A DNA stretch of 32,000 nt from Thermoproteus tenax Kra 1 (GTDB lineage: Archaea; Thermoproteota; Thermoprotei; Thermoproteales; Thermoproteaceae), in contig NC_016070.1 of the NCBI RefSeq assembly GCF_000253055.1, positions 1,110,001 to 1,142,000 of the forward strand, given 5' to 3'. A model generated the notes under the pieces. It was not told the DNA's origin. It made no database searches and was given only the letters and a program-made list of their open reading frames with translations. Position 1 is the first letter of the stretch, and every line of letters starts with the position of its first letter. The translations under genes and the position numbers were made by a program. Below are positions 17,056-26,592 of this stretch, in pieces.

Positions 17056-17880
17056 TTATTCATACTCAAGCTTCGGCAGATCCTCCTCCTGTCTCACCTC
17101 CTTCGTCCTCCCCTCCACGTAGTACGCCCGCCAGCCCGCCCTCAACGCGCCCCTCAGGGCGAAGCGCGTCCTAAGCTCTGCTATAACCATGACGGGCGAC
17201 TTGGCCAAGCGCTCCAGGAGGTTCAGCGCCAGGTCGTAGTAGAGCGAGGATTCAAAGTCCTCTATCAGGAGGAGCACGTCCTTTCCCAAGGCCTCCTTCG
17301 CAAGAGCGGCCGACTCCGCCGACGCCGCCAGCTCTAGAGCCCTCCTGAAGCCCGCAGAGAGCGATCTAAACGGCATCCATCTCCCCTCCCACTTGACGGC
17401 GAGTCCGTCCCTAACGGCGGCAAGGCCGCCGAAGGCTGGCCCCAAGATCGATGGAGCGGCTTGCTCGATGCGCTCTAGGAGCTCGCCGCTGAGGGCCTCC
17501 TCGAGCCTCTTGGTAGCGTGCGCCGCCCCATCGTCGACAGTTAGATATTCGCCGGCCCAGAGCACGGCGGGCGCCTGGGGGATCCAAGGAGGGCTGAATC
17601 TGCCGGGCGCCACCTCGGTGAGGGCCGGCTCGCCGGGGGGCCTCGGCCGCCTCCGCAGTCTCCCCGGTATAACGAGCCTCCAGCCTCTGTCGGACTCCAC
17701 CAAGGCGTCGTCGGTTCCCCAGCCCACGTCATCCCGGGCGACCTCACCCCCTTGGAGGAGGAGCGCGACGGCCCTCATGATGGAGCTCTTGCCTCCTCCG
17801 TTCGGCCCGAAGAGGATCGTCTTGCCCAGCTCCAGAGTGGCCTCCTCCACCGCTCTAAAGTTGAGTATGCGGACCCGCAT
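17056..17880 (-). CDS. small ABC/SMC-like AAA ATPase
   Basis: 274 aa. MRVRILNFRAVEEATLELGKTILFGPNGGGKSSIMRAVALLL (RecF/SMC-style Walker A), FRSLSAGFRRALELA signature-like, LLLIEDFESSLYYDL Walker B-like. Confidence 0.78.
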   Translation of the reverse strand: MRVRILNFRAVEEATLELGKTILFGPNGGGKSSIMRAVALLLQGGEVARDDVGWGTDDALVESDRGWRLVIPGRLRRRPRPPGEPALTEVAPGRFSPPWIPQAPAVLWAGEYLTVDDGAAHATKRLEEALSGELLERIEQAAPSILGPAFGGLAAVRDGLAVKWEGRWMPFRSLSAGFRRALELAASAESAALAKEALGKDVLLLIEDFESSLYYDLALNLLERLAKSPVMVIAELRTRFALRGALRAGWRAYYVEGRTKEVRQEEDLPKLEYE

Positions 17881-17903
17881 TTAGACTAAGGAAAAAATAA
17901 GTT

Positions 17904-19343
17904 TTATTGTTTGCCTTGGTTGTTGGCCTGGCTGGCGAAGGCGAACTCGTCGTAGGCCACCTCGCCGTGCAGAGCTTTGTCGCCCACCTTGAGGTCGGCC
18001 TCGGGCGCCCGTAGCGGTGTTATTTTGCTAATCAGCTTCAAAATCAGAAAGGTCACAGCTGCGTCATAGGCAACCACTACGGCGGCTCCGAGCAGCTGGA
18101 GCAAGACTTGATAGGGGTTGCCGTAGAGCGCGCCGGTCAGCCCCGGAAAGACGTACTGTGTTATGCTCGGGTCTGCGAACACGCCAGTGAGGATGCCGCC
18201 CACTATTCCGGGCACGGCGTGATCCGAGAAGACGCCCAAGGCGTCGTCAATATGCTTAAGATATCTGAGTTGGAAGAAGTTGAGGGAGTACCACGCGGCG
18301 GCCGAGGAGGCGGCTCCTATCACAATCGCGCCTATCATGTTCACGTAGCCGGCGGCGGGCGTTATGCCGACGAGCCCGGCCACGGCGCCGGCGGCCGCGC
18401 CCGTGAGGGTAGGTTTGCCAAAATAGGCGGTGTCCAACAACATCCAGACTACTGTCGCCACGGCCGTGGCCACGTTCGTGGCCAACACGGCTATCGCTGC
18501 GTCCACAGTGGATCCGTACGGGTCTCCCCCATTGAAGCCGTTCCAACCCAACCAGACTAAGCCGAGGCCCGCGGCCACTTGAGTGAGGTTGTGAGGCGCC
18601 AGCCGCCTCTCCTCGATCAGCCTCGGGCCGACCATGGCCGCCGCTATGAAGGCCGCTATGCCTGCGTCCACGTGTATCACATAGCCGCCGGAGAAGTCCA
18701 CCACGCCGAGCTGCATGAGCCATCCTCCGCCCCACAGCCAGAAGGCCACGGGCGAGTAGACCAAGAGGCTCCAGAGGGGGACGAAGAGCATCCAGGCTTT
18801 GAAGTTCATCCTCTCGATGAGCGCGCCGACTATCAAGGCCGGGGTAATGGCGGCGAACACGAATTGGAAGAAGATGAGGGTCGCCATCACTATGTTGGGG
18901 TACGCCTGTGCGGCGGGCACCGCTGCCTGGCCCGCGGTGGCGTTGGCAGTGACTGCGGGCATCGGAGTGCCCAAGATGTAGTAGTTGCCTATCTTCAGAA
19001 GCGGCGGGCCGAAGCCGAACTCGTAGCCGGCGAGGATCCAGACTATGAGCACGACTGCGAAGGCGTAGAGCACCATCATCATAGTGTTTATGGCGTACTT
19101 ACGCTTGGTCATGCCGCCGTATAGGAGCATGAGGCCCGGAACGCTCTGTAGACCCACCAGGGTGGCGGCAGTCAACATCCAAGCGTTGCTACCTGTGTCG
19201 AGCCAAGTCGGAACGGCGGCGCTGGGATAGCCGGTGGTCCAGGGAAGCTGGGTCGCGTTGGACGTCGTCTGAGCGAGCGCTCCGCCAGCTGTCAATAACG
19301 CGAGCGCCATCAGCGCCTTCCAGAGACCTCTTCTTTTGTCCAT
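17904..19343 (-). CDS. amt: ammonium transporter (Amt family), copy 2, with signal-like N-terminus
   Basis: [25 protein letters not shown]... then [32 protein letters not shown]-type motif ([16 protein letters not shown]), [18 protein letters not shown]. Start set at ATG 19343 rather than 19430. Confidence 0.92.
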   Translation of the reverse strand: MDKRRGLWKALMALALLTAGGALAQTTSNATQLPWTTGYPSAAVPTWLDTGSNAWMLTAATLVGLQSVPGLMLLYGGMTKRKYAINTMMMVLYAFAVVLIVWILAGYEFGFGPPLLKIGNYYILGTPMPAVTANATAGQAAVPAAQAYPNIVMATLIFFQFVFAAITPALIVGALIERMNFKAWMLFVPLWSLLVYSPVAFWLWGGGWLMQLGVVDFSGGYVIHVDAGIAAFIAAAMVGPRLIEERRLAPHNLTQVAAGLGLVWLGWNGFNGGDPYGSTVDAAIAVLATNVATAVATVVWMLLDTAYFGKPTLTGAAAGAVAGLVGITPAAGYVNMIGAIVIGAASSAAAWYSLNFFQLRYLKHIDDALGVFSDHAVPGIVGGILTGVFADPSITQYVFPGLTGALYGNPYQVLLQLLGAAVVVAYDAAVTFLILKLISKITPLRAPEADLKVGDKALHGEVAYDEFAFASQANNQGKQ

Positions 19344-19845
19344 GGGCTGTGGAAGGGGGCCCCCTATGTAGATTCTATGTACATACGGCGGAAGACTATA
19401 TAGAAAAAATAGTAGCTGTGCAGAGGACATGTCCTTAAGCGTAGACTATATTCACCACTTTATCAAATTGTTGATTGAGTAAAAATTCAAAACCTAAAAT
19501 ATATATAGCATTATTCTTTAAAATTAAAAATAAATTGATAATAATGTTAAATAAAATATTAAATTCTGTAGATAGGAGGAACGGTAGACAATTTTTCTCT
19601 GTTTTTACATTTTTCCAGTCCTATTATATCTTCTTCCGGAGGGCGTCGATGGGCTCTAGCTCCTCAGTCGCTTGACAAAGATACCAAGCGCCCGACGTAG
19701 TAGTCCCGATCGGAGTCTTTTTTGCACTGCTCCATCGCCTGGGTTTGAACATATCGTCCTCCGCCTCTGCGACGCTATGGGGCCGGCTCTGATCGCCGCA
19801 GCTGTCTGATCGCCCCTCTCTGCCCCCAAAAAAGGCCGCGTGAGC

Positions 19846-20280
19846 CTAGGATCGGCCCAACGCCCTGGCTCTATAGGTTCTCCCCCCTCTGAACAAAAGG
19901 ACCGGCGCATTGCAGTTCAACTCCAGCGCCCTCCTTAAGGCGTCGTAGTCCCTGGTCACCACGGCGCAGCCGTCGCGGCACGCCAGCTCTACGGCGTATT
20001 CCTCGGCCGGCCTCCGCTCAGAGAGGACGCACTTCAGTCCCCACTTGGCGCAGAGCTCCAAGTACCTCCTCGCCAGCGGCAGATGTGCCTCCTCCCACGC
20101 GTCGATCACAAGGGTCGCGTCGAGGCCCGACTCGGCGAGGCCTCTGAAGAGCTCCTCCCGATCGCTGAGCGCGCCGGCGACTGAGAAAGCGTCCACGTAG
20201 AGACAGGGGTAGTTAGCCGGCGAGTCCGGCGAGAGCTCCACGTCGAGGGACCCCCACCGCTTCCTCGCGCGTCTCCTCAC
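19846..20280 (-). CDS. PIN-like domain protein
   Basis: From GTG 20280: VRRRARKRWGSLDVELSPDSPANYPCLYVDAFSVAG...ATLVIDAWEEAHLPLARRYLELCAKWGLKCVLSERRPAEEYAVELACRDGCAVVTRDYDALRR. Acidic residue layout resembles PIN/NYN nucleases. TATA-like aaataaaatttttt upstream. Confidence 0.6.
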   Translation of the reverse strand: MRRRARKRWGSLDVELSPDSPANYPCLYVDAFSVAGALSDREELFRGLAESGLDATLVIDAWEEAHLPLARRYLELCAKWGLKCVLSERRPAEEYAVELACRDGCAVVTRDYDALRRALELNCNAPVLLFRGGRTYRARALGRS

Positions 20281-20325
20281 GGACTCTAGATCGCAAAAAA
20301 TTTTATTTGAAGTCGTCTGGAGGAC

Positions 20326-20946
20326 ATGCGCCTCCTCATAGTCTCCGATGTGCACGACGCCTTCGATAAAATATCGTCTATACCTGGCACCTACGACGCA
20401 GTAATTGCCGCCGGGGACTTCACCTACAAGAGGAGCATGGAGCATGTGAAGACGGCGCTGTCGCTTCTCTCCCGCATCGCCCCTGTGTACTTCGTGCCGG
20501 GGAATATGGATCCGCCGGAGGCGCTGGACTACGAGGCGCCGGGGATCCGCCCGCTCCACGGGAGAGTCCTCGAGATAGGCGGATACAAAATAGGCGGAGT
20601 GGGCGGCAGCCCTCCGACGCCCTTCAGAGACCTCATAAGGTTCACTGAGGAGGAGATATCCTCGGTGCTACAACGCCTCGGCAGAGTCGACATACTAGTC
20701 GCCCACTCGCCTCCGAGGGGGATCTTGGACAGAGTCGGCGGCTCTACGCCTGTCGGCAGCACCGCCGTGCTTAAATACGTCGAAGAGAATAGGCCGATCC
20801 TTTCAGTCCACGGACACATCCACGAGGACTACGGCGTCGTCGAAAGGGGCGGCACAGTCTTCGTAAACCCCGGGCCCCTCCTCTGGGGACAGTACGCCGT
20901 GGCTGAGCTCGGAAGCCCAGTGAGGGTGGAGCTGAGGCGGCTCTGA
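20326..20946 (+). CDS. metallophosphoesterase (calcineurin-like, YfcE/MJ0936-like)
   Basis: 206 aa. LIVSDVHDAF, VIAAGDFTYK, YFVPGNMD, LVAHSPPRG, LSVHGHIHEDYG. Confidence 0.9.
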   Translation: MRLLIVSDVHDAFDKISSIPGTYDAVIAAGDFTYKRSMEHVKTALSLLSRIAPVYFVPGNMDPPEALDYEAPGIRPLHGRVLEIGGYKIGGVGGSPPTPFRDLIRFTEEEISSVLQRLGRVDILVAHSPPRGILDRVGGSTPVGSTAVLKYVEENRPILSVHGHIHEDYGVVERGGTVFVNPGPLLWGQYAVAELGSPVRVELRRL

Positions 20947-20955
20947 GCCGGCGCC

Positions 20956-23900
20956 GTGCGCCCAGCGCTCCTCCCCCTCCTTCTGTTGGCCGCCTCCGCT
21001 CTGGCCCTCCAGCTCTCGCCGGGTTCGTGCTACACCTACTTCAACTTGACCATCTCCAGCGCCCCCGCCTACCTAATCGCGTATAACTACAACTCCACCT
21101 TTCTCTCAGCCTATCTGATGACGCCGCAGCAGGTCTCCGCCTTCGTAAACGGGCAGAGCGTGAGCCCCCTCGCGTCCTACCAACTGCCCCCATACTCGCC
21201 GTCGGCCTTCGAGGTAAATCAGACGGGCAATTATAACTTAGTCGTCTATCCAGTCCCCTGTAGCCAGAGGCTCCTCCTATATCTATCTTCCCCGCGAGGG
21301 GGCCTCCCCGTGGGTATAGCCTCCTATCCCGCGGAGCTTTTGTCGACTCAAGAGGTCGCAGGGTTCTTCAACATCACATCTATATCCGCCTACAACCCCA
21401 ACTTCAACCCGAGCGACGGCGCCTCTCTACAGTTGAACGCAGTGGTTCAAGTGCGTCTGGCCGATGGATCAACGCAGTACTACTGGGTCCAAGACATAGC
21501 CTGGTTCGAGACCTCCAGAGGCCAGGTGAACTTTGGAGACAACGTATGGAACTCCACCTCCCCCAGCTCCTCGGTGTCCCCCTCATCTATCAGCGGACAG
21601 GGCTCAGTCAACAACGGCGTTTACCTGTACGGGACCTACCTCCAGCCCTACGCTCTGCCGCTGGCGGGGTTCCTCGCGGTCAGAGCCTATGCGGCTAACG
21701 GCGCTGTCCACGTGGACTTCGGCTATCTGATCGCCCAGAACGGGGCACAGCTGTCCCAGAGCGGCGCCACGTGGTTCGACCATGTGACGATAACGCCCTC
21801 GCAACCGGCTGTCTCAGTCCAGATAGTCGTCACTACGACGTTCCCGACCAGCGGTGGGAACGCCCCCGACGTCGAGCTAGTGTTCGGCGGTATTGGAAAT
21901 GGGGAGATCACTACTTTCAACTCGCTTCGGGCGAGCCTCGGCCTATACTACCTAAACGGCTCTTCTTGGGTCCCTCTGCCCTACTTGTACACGTATGGCG
22001 CAGATACAGCGGAGGGAGCCACCGACCTGGCCACCTCTTGGGGCAACGGACTGGCCTCGGTCGCCGTAGGCCCCCTCAGCCCTGGCCGGCTGAGCCCCAC
22101 GTGCGTCCAAACGCCGCAGTCTCTGAGCTCCCCCGTCCAGTGGTCGCTCTATTGCTACGCCTCGGTCAAATACCCAGTCTCTATAACAAGCCCCATACCC
22201 ATCTACGTCAACGGCACCGAGACTACGTCGTACTCGGCCTATCTCCCCGCCGGCGCGGCCCTAGTGATCCAGGACGGCTACGCGCGCTACCCCAACGGCA
22301 CTATGTTCGTCCCCTCTGTCGGCAACGAGACGATAGTGGTCTCGGGCCCCATATCCTTGGCCGTGTCGTGGACGCCCTACTACCTAGTGAGAGTTAGCTC
22401 TCCGATCCCAGTTGAAGTGGACGGGCAGAGTGCGACTTACTTCTCTACATATATCAAGGCGGGGTCCTCCCTCGTGGTGCAGGCCCGGGAGGTCTATCTG
22501 CCCAACGGGACAATGCTGAGGCCGGCGCCGTCCTACCTCTCGTTGACTGTGGAGGGCCCCCTCAATATAACCGTCTCTTGGAGCAAATACTACGAACTCT
22601 ACGTGAAGAGCGCGTTTCCGGTCTACGTCAATGGATCCTCTGCGGCCGGCCCCGTCTACCTCCCGGCTGGGTCGCTCGCCGTTGTGACCGCGTATAACGT
22701 CACTTTGCCGAACGGAACAATGTTCGTCCCCTCGCCGCCCAGCGCAGTGGTGGATATGTCGGGCCCCGTCGTTCTTGAGGTGGACTGGGCGCCTCTGTAC
22801 CTCGTCTCTATATCCTCGCCTCTGCCCGTGCTGATCAACGGGACAGCTGCAGAGAGCTTCTCGAAGTACTTGAGACCGGGCTCCAGGCTGGCTCTGCAGA
22901 CCTCCAACGTAGTTCTGCCTAACGGAACAATGTTTGTGCCCAACGTGGGGAACTCCACAGTAACTGTGTCCGCCCCTCTGGCTATCTCTGTGGAGTGGAC
23001 GCCCTACTACCTAGTGAGGGTGGAGAGCCCGCTGCCCGTCCTTATCAACGGCACGGCCGCCGCCTCGGCCTACGTCAGACGGGGCTCCCTTGTGTACATA
23101 CGGGCCGTGAACATCACTCTCCCCAACGGCACTATGTTCGTCCCCTCGGTCGGCAACGAGACATTGGCGGTCACAGCGCCCTTGACGATCTCGGTGGAGT
23201 GGACTCCGTACTATCTGGTGGCGGTGAGGAGCCCGCTACCGGTGCTGGTCAACGGGACGGCGAGTGTGGACTACGAGCGGTACCTCAGAGCCGGCTCGAG
23301 GCTAGTCGTGTCGGCCGGCCCGGCCAGAGTGGGCAACGGCACCATGTTTGTGCCGGCCCAGCCCAACGCCACGCTCTTGGTGGCCGGCCCAGTGAACTAT
23401 ACCGTCGGCTGGATACCGTACTACCTCGTTGAAGTGGAGAGCTCGGAGCCTGTGTACGTCAACGGGACTGCGACCGTTAACTACACGGAATACGTGAGGG
23501 CGGGCTCGGCGCTCTACGTCGCGGCCCGCGCGATCTATCTAAGGAATGGTTCAGCGCTCTTCCCCTCGCCGGGCAACCTCACTCTCATAGTGAGGAGACC
23601 TGTGCAGCTCGCCGTCTCTTGGAGGGTCTACCACCTGGTCTCAGTGAGCTCGCCGTTGCCGGTCCTCGTCAACGGCTCGCGCGCCCAGTCCCTCTACGTT
23701 CCCGCGGGCTCTGTCGTTGTCGTGTCGGCCCATAGAGTAGTTCTGCCGAACGGCACTATGTTCGTCCCCTCGGTCGGCAACGAGACGATAGTGGTGGAGG
23801 GCGCTCTGAACATCGCCGTCAGCTGGACGCCGTACTACCTAGTGGAGGTCTACAGCCCTCTGCCGGTCTTTGTGAACGGGACCGCCGCCACGAGGTACGC

Positions 23901-24351
23901 GCAGTACGTGAGGGCGGGCTCGGCGCTGGCCTTGGGCGCGCCCCAGCGCGTTGTGTTCGACAACGGCACTATGTTTGTGCCGGCCGTGGGCAACGAGACG
24001 GTGGTGGTCTCCGCGCCGGCGAGGCTGGCCGTGTCTTGGATCCCCTACTACCTCGTCCAGATCTCGGGCCAGAGGCCGGTGCTCGTGAACGGAGTCTCCA
24101 CAGCGAGCTACGAGCAGTATCTGCGGCGCGGATCCAGTCTGTCCATAAGCGCAGAGCCAGTGCCGGAGTTCGGCGGGCTTATCGTGTTGGAGCCGAACGT
24201 CACACGGATGAATATAACTGTGGAGAGGCCTATAAAGGTCGGCGTAGTATATGCTCCGGACTACTCACGCCTTGAGGCCGTAGCCGCTGCCGCCTCGGCC
24301 GCCTCAGCCGCGGCGTCGCTGATACTACGCAGAAGACGCGCCGTCGCCTAG
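20956..24351 (+). CDS. thermopsin-like (peptidase family A5) secreted protein with a C-terminal tandem repeat stalk and membrane anchor
   Basis: 1131 aa from GTG. Signal peptide (MRPALLPLLLLAASALA), thermopsin-like body (GGLPVGIASYPAELL..., SISAYNPNFNPSDGASLQLNAVVQV, YYWVQDIAWFET, NFGDNVWNSTSPSSSVSPSSISGQG, DVELVFGGIGNGEITTFNSLRASLGLYY), ten repeats, then Ala-rich hydrophobic segment + RRRR. Confidence 0.85.
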   Translation: MRPALLPLLLLAASALALQLSPGSCYTYFNLTISSAPAYLIAYNYNSTFLSAYLMTPQQVSAFVNGQSVSPLASYQLPPYSPSAFEVNQTGNYNLVVYPVPCSQRLLLYLSSPRGGLPVGIASYPAELLSTQEVAGFFNITSISAYNPNFNPSDGASLQLNAVVQVRLADGSTQYYWVQDIAWFETSRGQVNFGDNVWNSTSPSSSVSPSSISGQGSVNNGVYLYGTYLQPYALPLAGFLAVRAYAANGAVHVDFGYLIAQNGAQLSQSGATWFDHVTITPSQPAVSVQIVVTTTFPTSGGNAPDVELVFGGIGNGEITTFNSLRASLGLYYLNGSSWVPLPYLYTYGADTAEGATDLATSWGNGLASVAVGPLSPGRLSPTCVQTPQSLSSPVQWSLYCYASVKYPVSITSPIPIYVNGTETTSYSAYLPAGAALVIQDGYARYPNGTMFVPSVGNETIVVSGPISLAVSWTPYYLVRVSSPIPVEVDGQSATYFSTYIKAGSSLVVQAREVYLPNGTMLRPAPSYLSLTVEGPLNITVSWSKYYELYVKSAFPVYVNGSSAAGPVYLPAGSLAVVTAYNVTLPNGTMFVPSPPSAVVDMSGPVVLEVDWAPLYLVSISSPLPVLINGTAAESFSKYLRPGSRLALQTSNVVLPNGTMFVPNVGNSTVTVSAPLAISVEWTPYYLVRVESPLPVLINGTAAASAYVRRGSLVYIRAVNITLPNGTMFVPSVGNETLAVTAPLTISVEWTPYYLVAVRSPLPVLVNGTASVDYERYLRAGSRLVVSAGPARVGNGTMFVPAQPNATLLVAGPVNYTVGWIPYYLVEVESSEPVYVNGTATVNYTEYVRAGSALYVAARAIYLRNGSALFPSPGNLTLIVRRPVQLAVSWRVYHLVSVSSPLPVLVNGSRAQSLYVPAGSVVVVSAHRVVLPNGTMFVPSVGNETIVVEGALNIAVSWTPYYLVEVYSPLPVFVNGTAATRYAQYVRAGSALALGAPQRVVFDNGTMFVPAVGNETVVVSAPARLAVSWIPYYLVQISGQRPVLVNGVSTASYEQYLRRGSSLSISAEPVPEFGGLIVLEPNVTRMNITVERPIKVGVVYAPDYSRLEAVAAAASAASAAASLILRRRRAVA
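22171..24230 (+). repeat. array of ten ~68-70 aa (204-210 bp) tandem repeats within the thermopsin-like gene
   Basis: Unit starts seen at 22171, 22378, 22588, 22795, 23005, 23209 ... 24046. Consensus YYLVxVxSPLPVLVNGTAxxxYxxYLRAGSxLVVxAxxVxLPNGTMFVPSVGNETVVVSAPLxIxVSWTP. Confidence 0.9.
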
Positions 24352-24588
24352 CCACTGGGAGGCCCTCTTTATGATCCACGCCAGGATCAACGCGGCCAGA
24401 CCGCCGCAGAACATCGACGCGAGGGTCCACCCGATTATCTCCAGGACGTCCTCGACCTCGGGAACTGTGAGCAGCCTCATTATGGAGGTCATTAGCCACC
24501 ACCCCACCGTCCATATCATCAACATAGTGGCCACAAACAAGAGCCCTATCAGCGCAGCCTCAAAGATAGTGCGCAAGAGCCTCGCCAT
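24325..24588 (-). CDS. small hypothetical membrane protein
   Basis: 87 aa with two hydrophobic segments. Convergent and overlapping the thermopsin-like gene end by 27 nt. Confidence 0.6.
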   Translation of the reverse strand: MARLLRTIFEAALIGLLFVATMLMIWTVGWWLMTSIMRLLTVPEVEDVLEIIGWTLASMFCGGLAALILAWIIKRASQWLGDGASSA

Positions 24589-24610
24589 ATATCCTTCTGC
24601 ATAGATATAT

Positions 24611-26428
24611 TTATTCTTTAGACGGCGTCGACAGCCGTCGGAGCTCCTCCGCCACCTCGCCGAGCCCGAGCTCGGACAGAGCGGCGGGCCTGGGGAGTCC
24701 GCGTTCGTCCCACCCTCTTAGTTCGTAGTACTTCCTCAACGCGTCCTCCACCTCCTCTCTATTCAGCTGTAGAATCCTATCGCCGAATTTCACAGGCTTA
24801 TACCACCTTTCAGGTAGCCCATCCCCAGGGTCGCCCATCATTACGTTGAGGGCTCTCGTCAAATTTATAACCCTCAGCGCCGATTCTCTGACCAGACCGG
24901 CGGTCCACCCATCGCCTGTGACGTCGGAGAGCAGCCGCGCTATAGTCTCGAGGCCTCTGCCTCCGGGATAGAGATCGTAGACGCCGCGTCCGAACTTACA
25001 CAAAACGAGGGAGTCCATTATAGCTGCGACCTCCTCCATGTGCGCCACGGCATGTATCTTCTCATCTCCCAAGCTCTGCGGGCCTCCGGCCATCCCGGCG
25101 TAGTCGATGGCGTAGGCCATAGTGGCGAGGTGGTCGGCGCCCCGATAGCCTATGGCGTAGCCTAGAGCCATGCCCTTCAGAGCTCTCGGGTCGTAGCCCG
25201 CCGGCTCCAGCCCTCTGACGTGGACTGCGATCTCGCGAGCTCCTATCTTGGCCGCCGCTGCCGCCACTCCCTCTGCTAACAGATCGCCGAGACCTCTCCT
25301 GTACGCTATATCCACTGCAAGCCTCTCGGCCGTGTCGCACCCCCACTCCAGAGGCGGCAGTTTGCCCAATCTGGAGGCCTCAACGGCGAAGGCCACGACG
25401 TTCCCCAGACTTATTGTGTCCATCCCAAGGCGGTCGGCCAGGTCGTTCAGCTTGATCACCTCATCTGGGTCGAAACATCCGACGAGCCCTCCCAAGGCGA
25501 ACACAGTCTCGTAGTCGAGGTCGACCGACACGCCGTATTTTCCCGATCTGACGAGTCTGTGGCACGCCGCAGGGCAATGTAGACATGCTGCCGGCCTTAG
25601 GAGGTACGACCTCAGCGTCGGCCACGCCAGCCTCTCCCACCCATCGGCGGACGTCTGTCCCCAGTAGTAGCTCGGGAAGAAGCCCATGATGTTCCCCAGC
25701 TCCACCAGCCTCAAAGTGCCGGCCTCGAAGAGGGACTTCACGCTTTTATCTCCTATGAAGCGCGGCGTGAAATCTCTCAGGAACTCCTCCAGCCTCTCTC
25801 TATGTGCCACATCGACATCTCTCTTGTCCGGCACGAAGACTATCGCCTTCAGCCGCTTGTACCCCATCACTGCGCCGCCGCCCGTCCGCCCGAACTGGCG
25901 CCAGAGGTCGTGGTTTATCGACGCGAACTTGACCAAGTTCTCCCCCGCCGGCCCTATGGCCGCTACAGCGGCCCTCCTCCCGTGCTCCCTCGTGAGGATC
26001 TCCTCGGTCTCAATGGCGTCTTTACCCCACAGGTCCGCCGCATCTCTCACTTCGGCTCCTCCATCTTGTATCAATAAATAGGACGGCCTCTCGGAGCGGC
26101 CCACTATAACCAACGCGTCTACCCCGCTGTATCTCATCGCAGGGCCCAAGCGCCCTCCCACGTTGGAGGCGCCCAGAATGCCCGTCAACGGCGATCTGAA
26201 CACCGCGGCCGCCCTGCTCGACATGGGGACGCCGGTGCCCGTCAGAGGGCCCGAGGCCATTATCAAGGGGGCCTCCGCCGGCTCCAATCTGTGGCCCCCA
26301 AACCTCCAAAACAGATATGTGGCTATCCCCCTTCCGCCTATAAAGAGGGCAGTCTCGCGCTCGAGGGCCAACCTTCTCGCAGTTTTTGTGCCCAAGTCCA
26401 CAACTAAAACGGTGAGGCGCACTGGCAT
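24611..26428 (-). CDS. aor: aldehyde ferredoxin oxidoreductase family (tungstopterin) enzyme
   Basis: 605 aa. GGRGIATYL, SGPLTGTGVPMSSRAAAVFRSPLTG, CLHCPAACHR cluster motif, late LVLCKF cysteine. Confidence 0.9.
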   Translation of the reverse strand: MPVRLTVLVVDLGTKTARRLALERETALFIGGRGIATYLFWRFGGHRLEPAEAPLIMASGPLTGTGVPMSSRAAAVFRSPLTGILGASNVGGRLGPAMRYSGVDALVIVGRSERPSYLLIQDGGAEVRDAADLWGKDAIETEEILTREHGRRAAVAAIGPAGENLVKFASINHDLWRQFGRTGGGAVMGYKRLKAIVFVPDKRDVDVAHRERLEEFLRDFTPRFIGDKSVKSLFEAGTLRLVELGNIMGFFPSYYWGQTSADGWERLAWPTLRSYLLRPAACLHCPAACHRLVRSGKYGVSVDLDYETVFALGGLVGCFDPDEVIKLNDLADRLGMDTISLGNVVAFAVEASRLGKLPPLEWGCDTAERLAVDIAYRRGLGDLLAEGVAAAAAKIGAREIAVHVRGLEPAGYDPRALKGMALGYAIGYRGADHLATMAYAIDYAGMAGGPQSLGDEKIHAVAHMEEVAAIMDSLVLCKFGRGVYDLYPGGRGLETIARLLSDVTGDGWTAGLVRESALRVINLTRALNVMMGDPGDGLPERWYKPVKFGDRILQLNREEVEDALRKYYELRGWDERGLPRPAALSELGLGEVAEELRRLSTPSKE

Positions 26429-26592
26429 CTCTAAAATTATAATTTAAATTTCTCCCACCTATTTTCTCTCATAAATTTTACAGCAGATATCCTTTTATTT
26501 TTATTAAACTTCTATTTAAATATTAATTTTTATAATAAATTAAATTATTGTTTTAAAAGATAATCAAATAAAAATTCAATACGATATTATTT

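Noticed and set aside
17393-17884. 163-aa plus-strand ORF antisense to the small ATPase
   Set aside because: Shadow ORF opposite clear Walker motifs.
19656-19910. 84-aa ORF and a possible tRNA T-arm (gggtttgaac) in the 19431-19845 gap
   Set aside because: No matching T-stem or acceptor stem around the sequence, and the ORF has no recognisable motif.
21771-22397. 208-aa plus-strand ORF inside the thermopsin-like gene in another frame
   Set aside because: Out-of-frame reading of repeat DNA with Arg/Pro/Gly-rich content and no independent start context.
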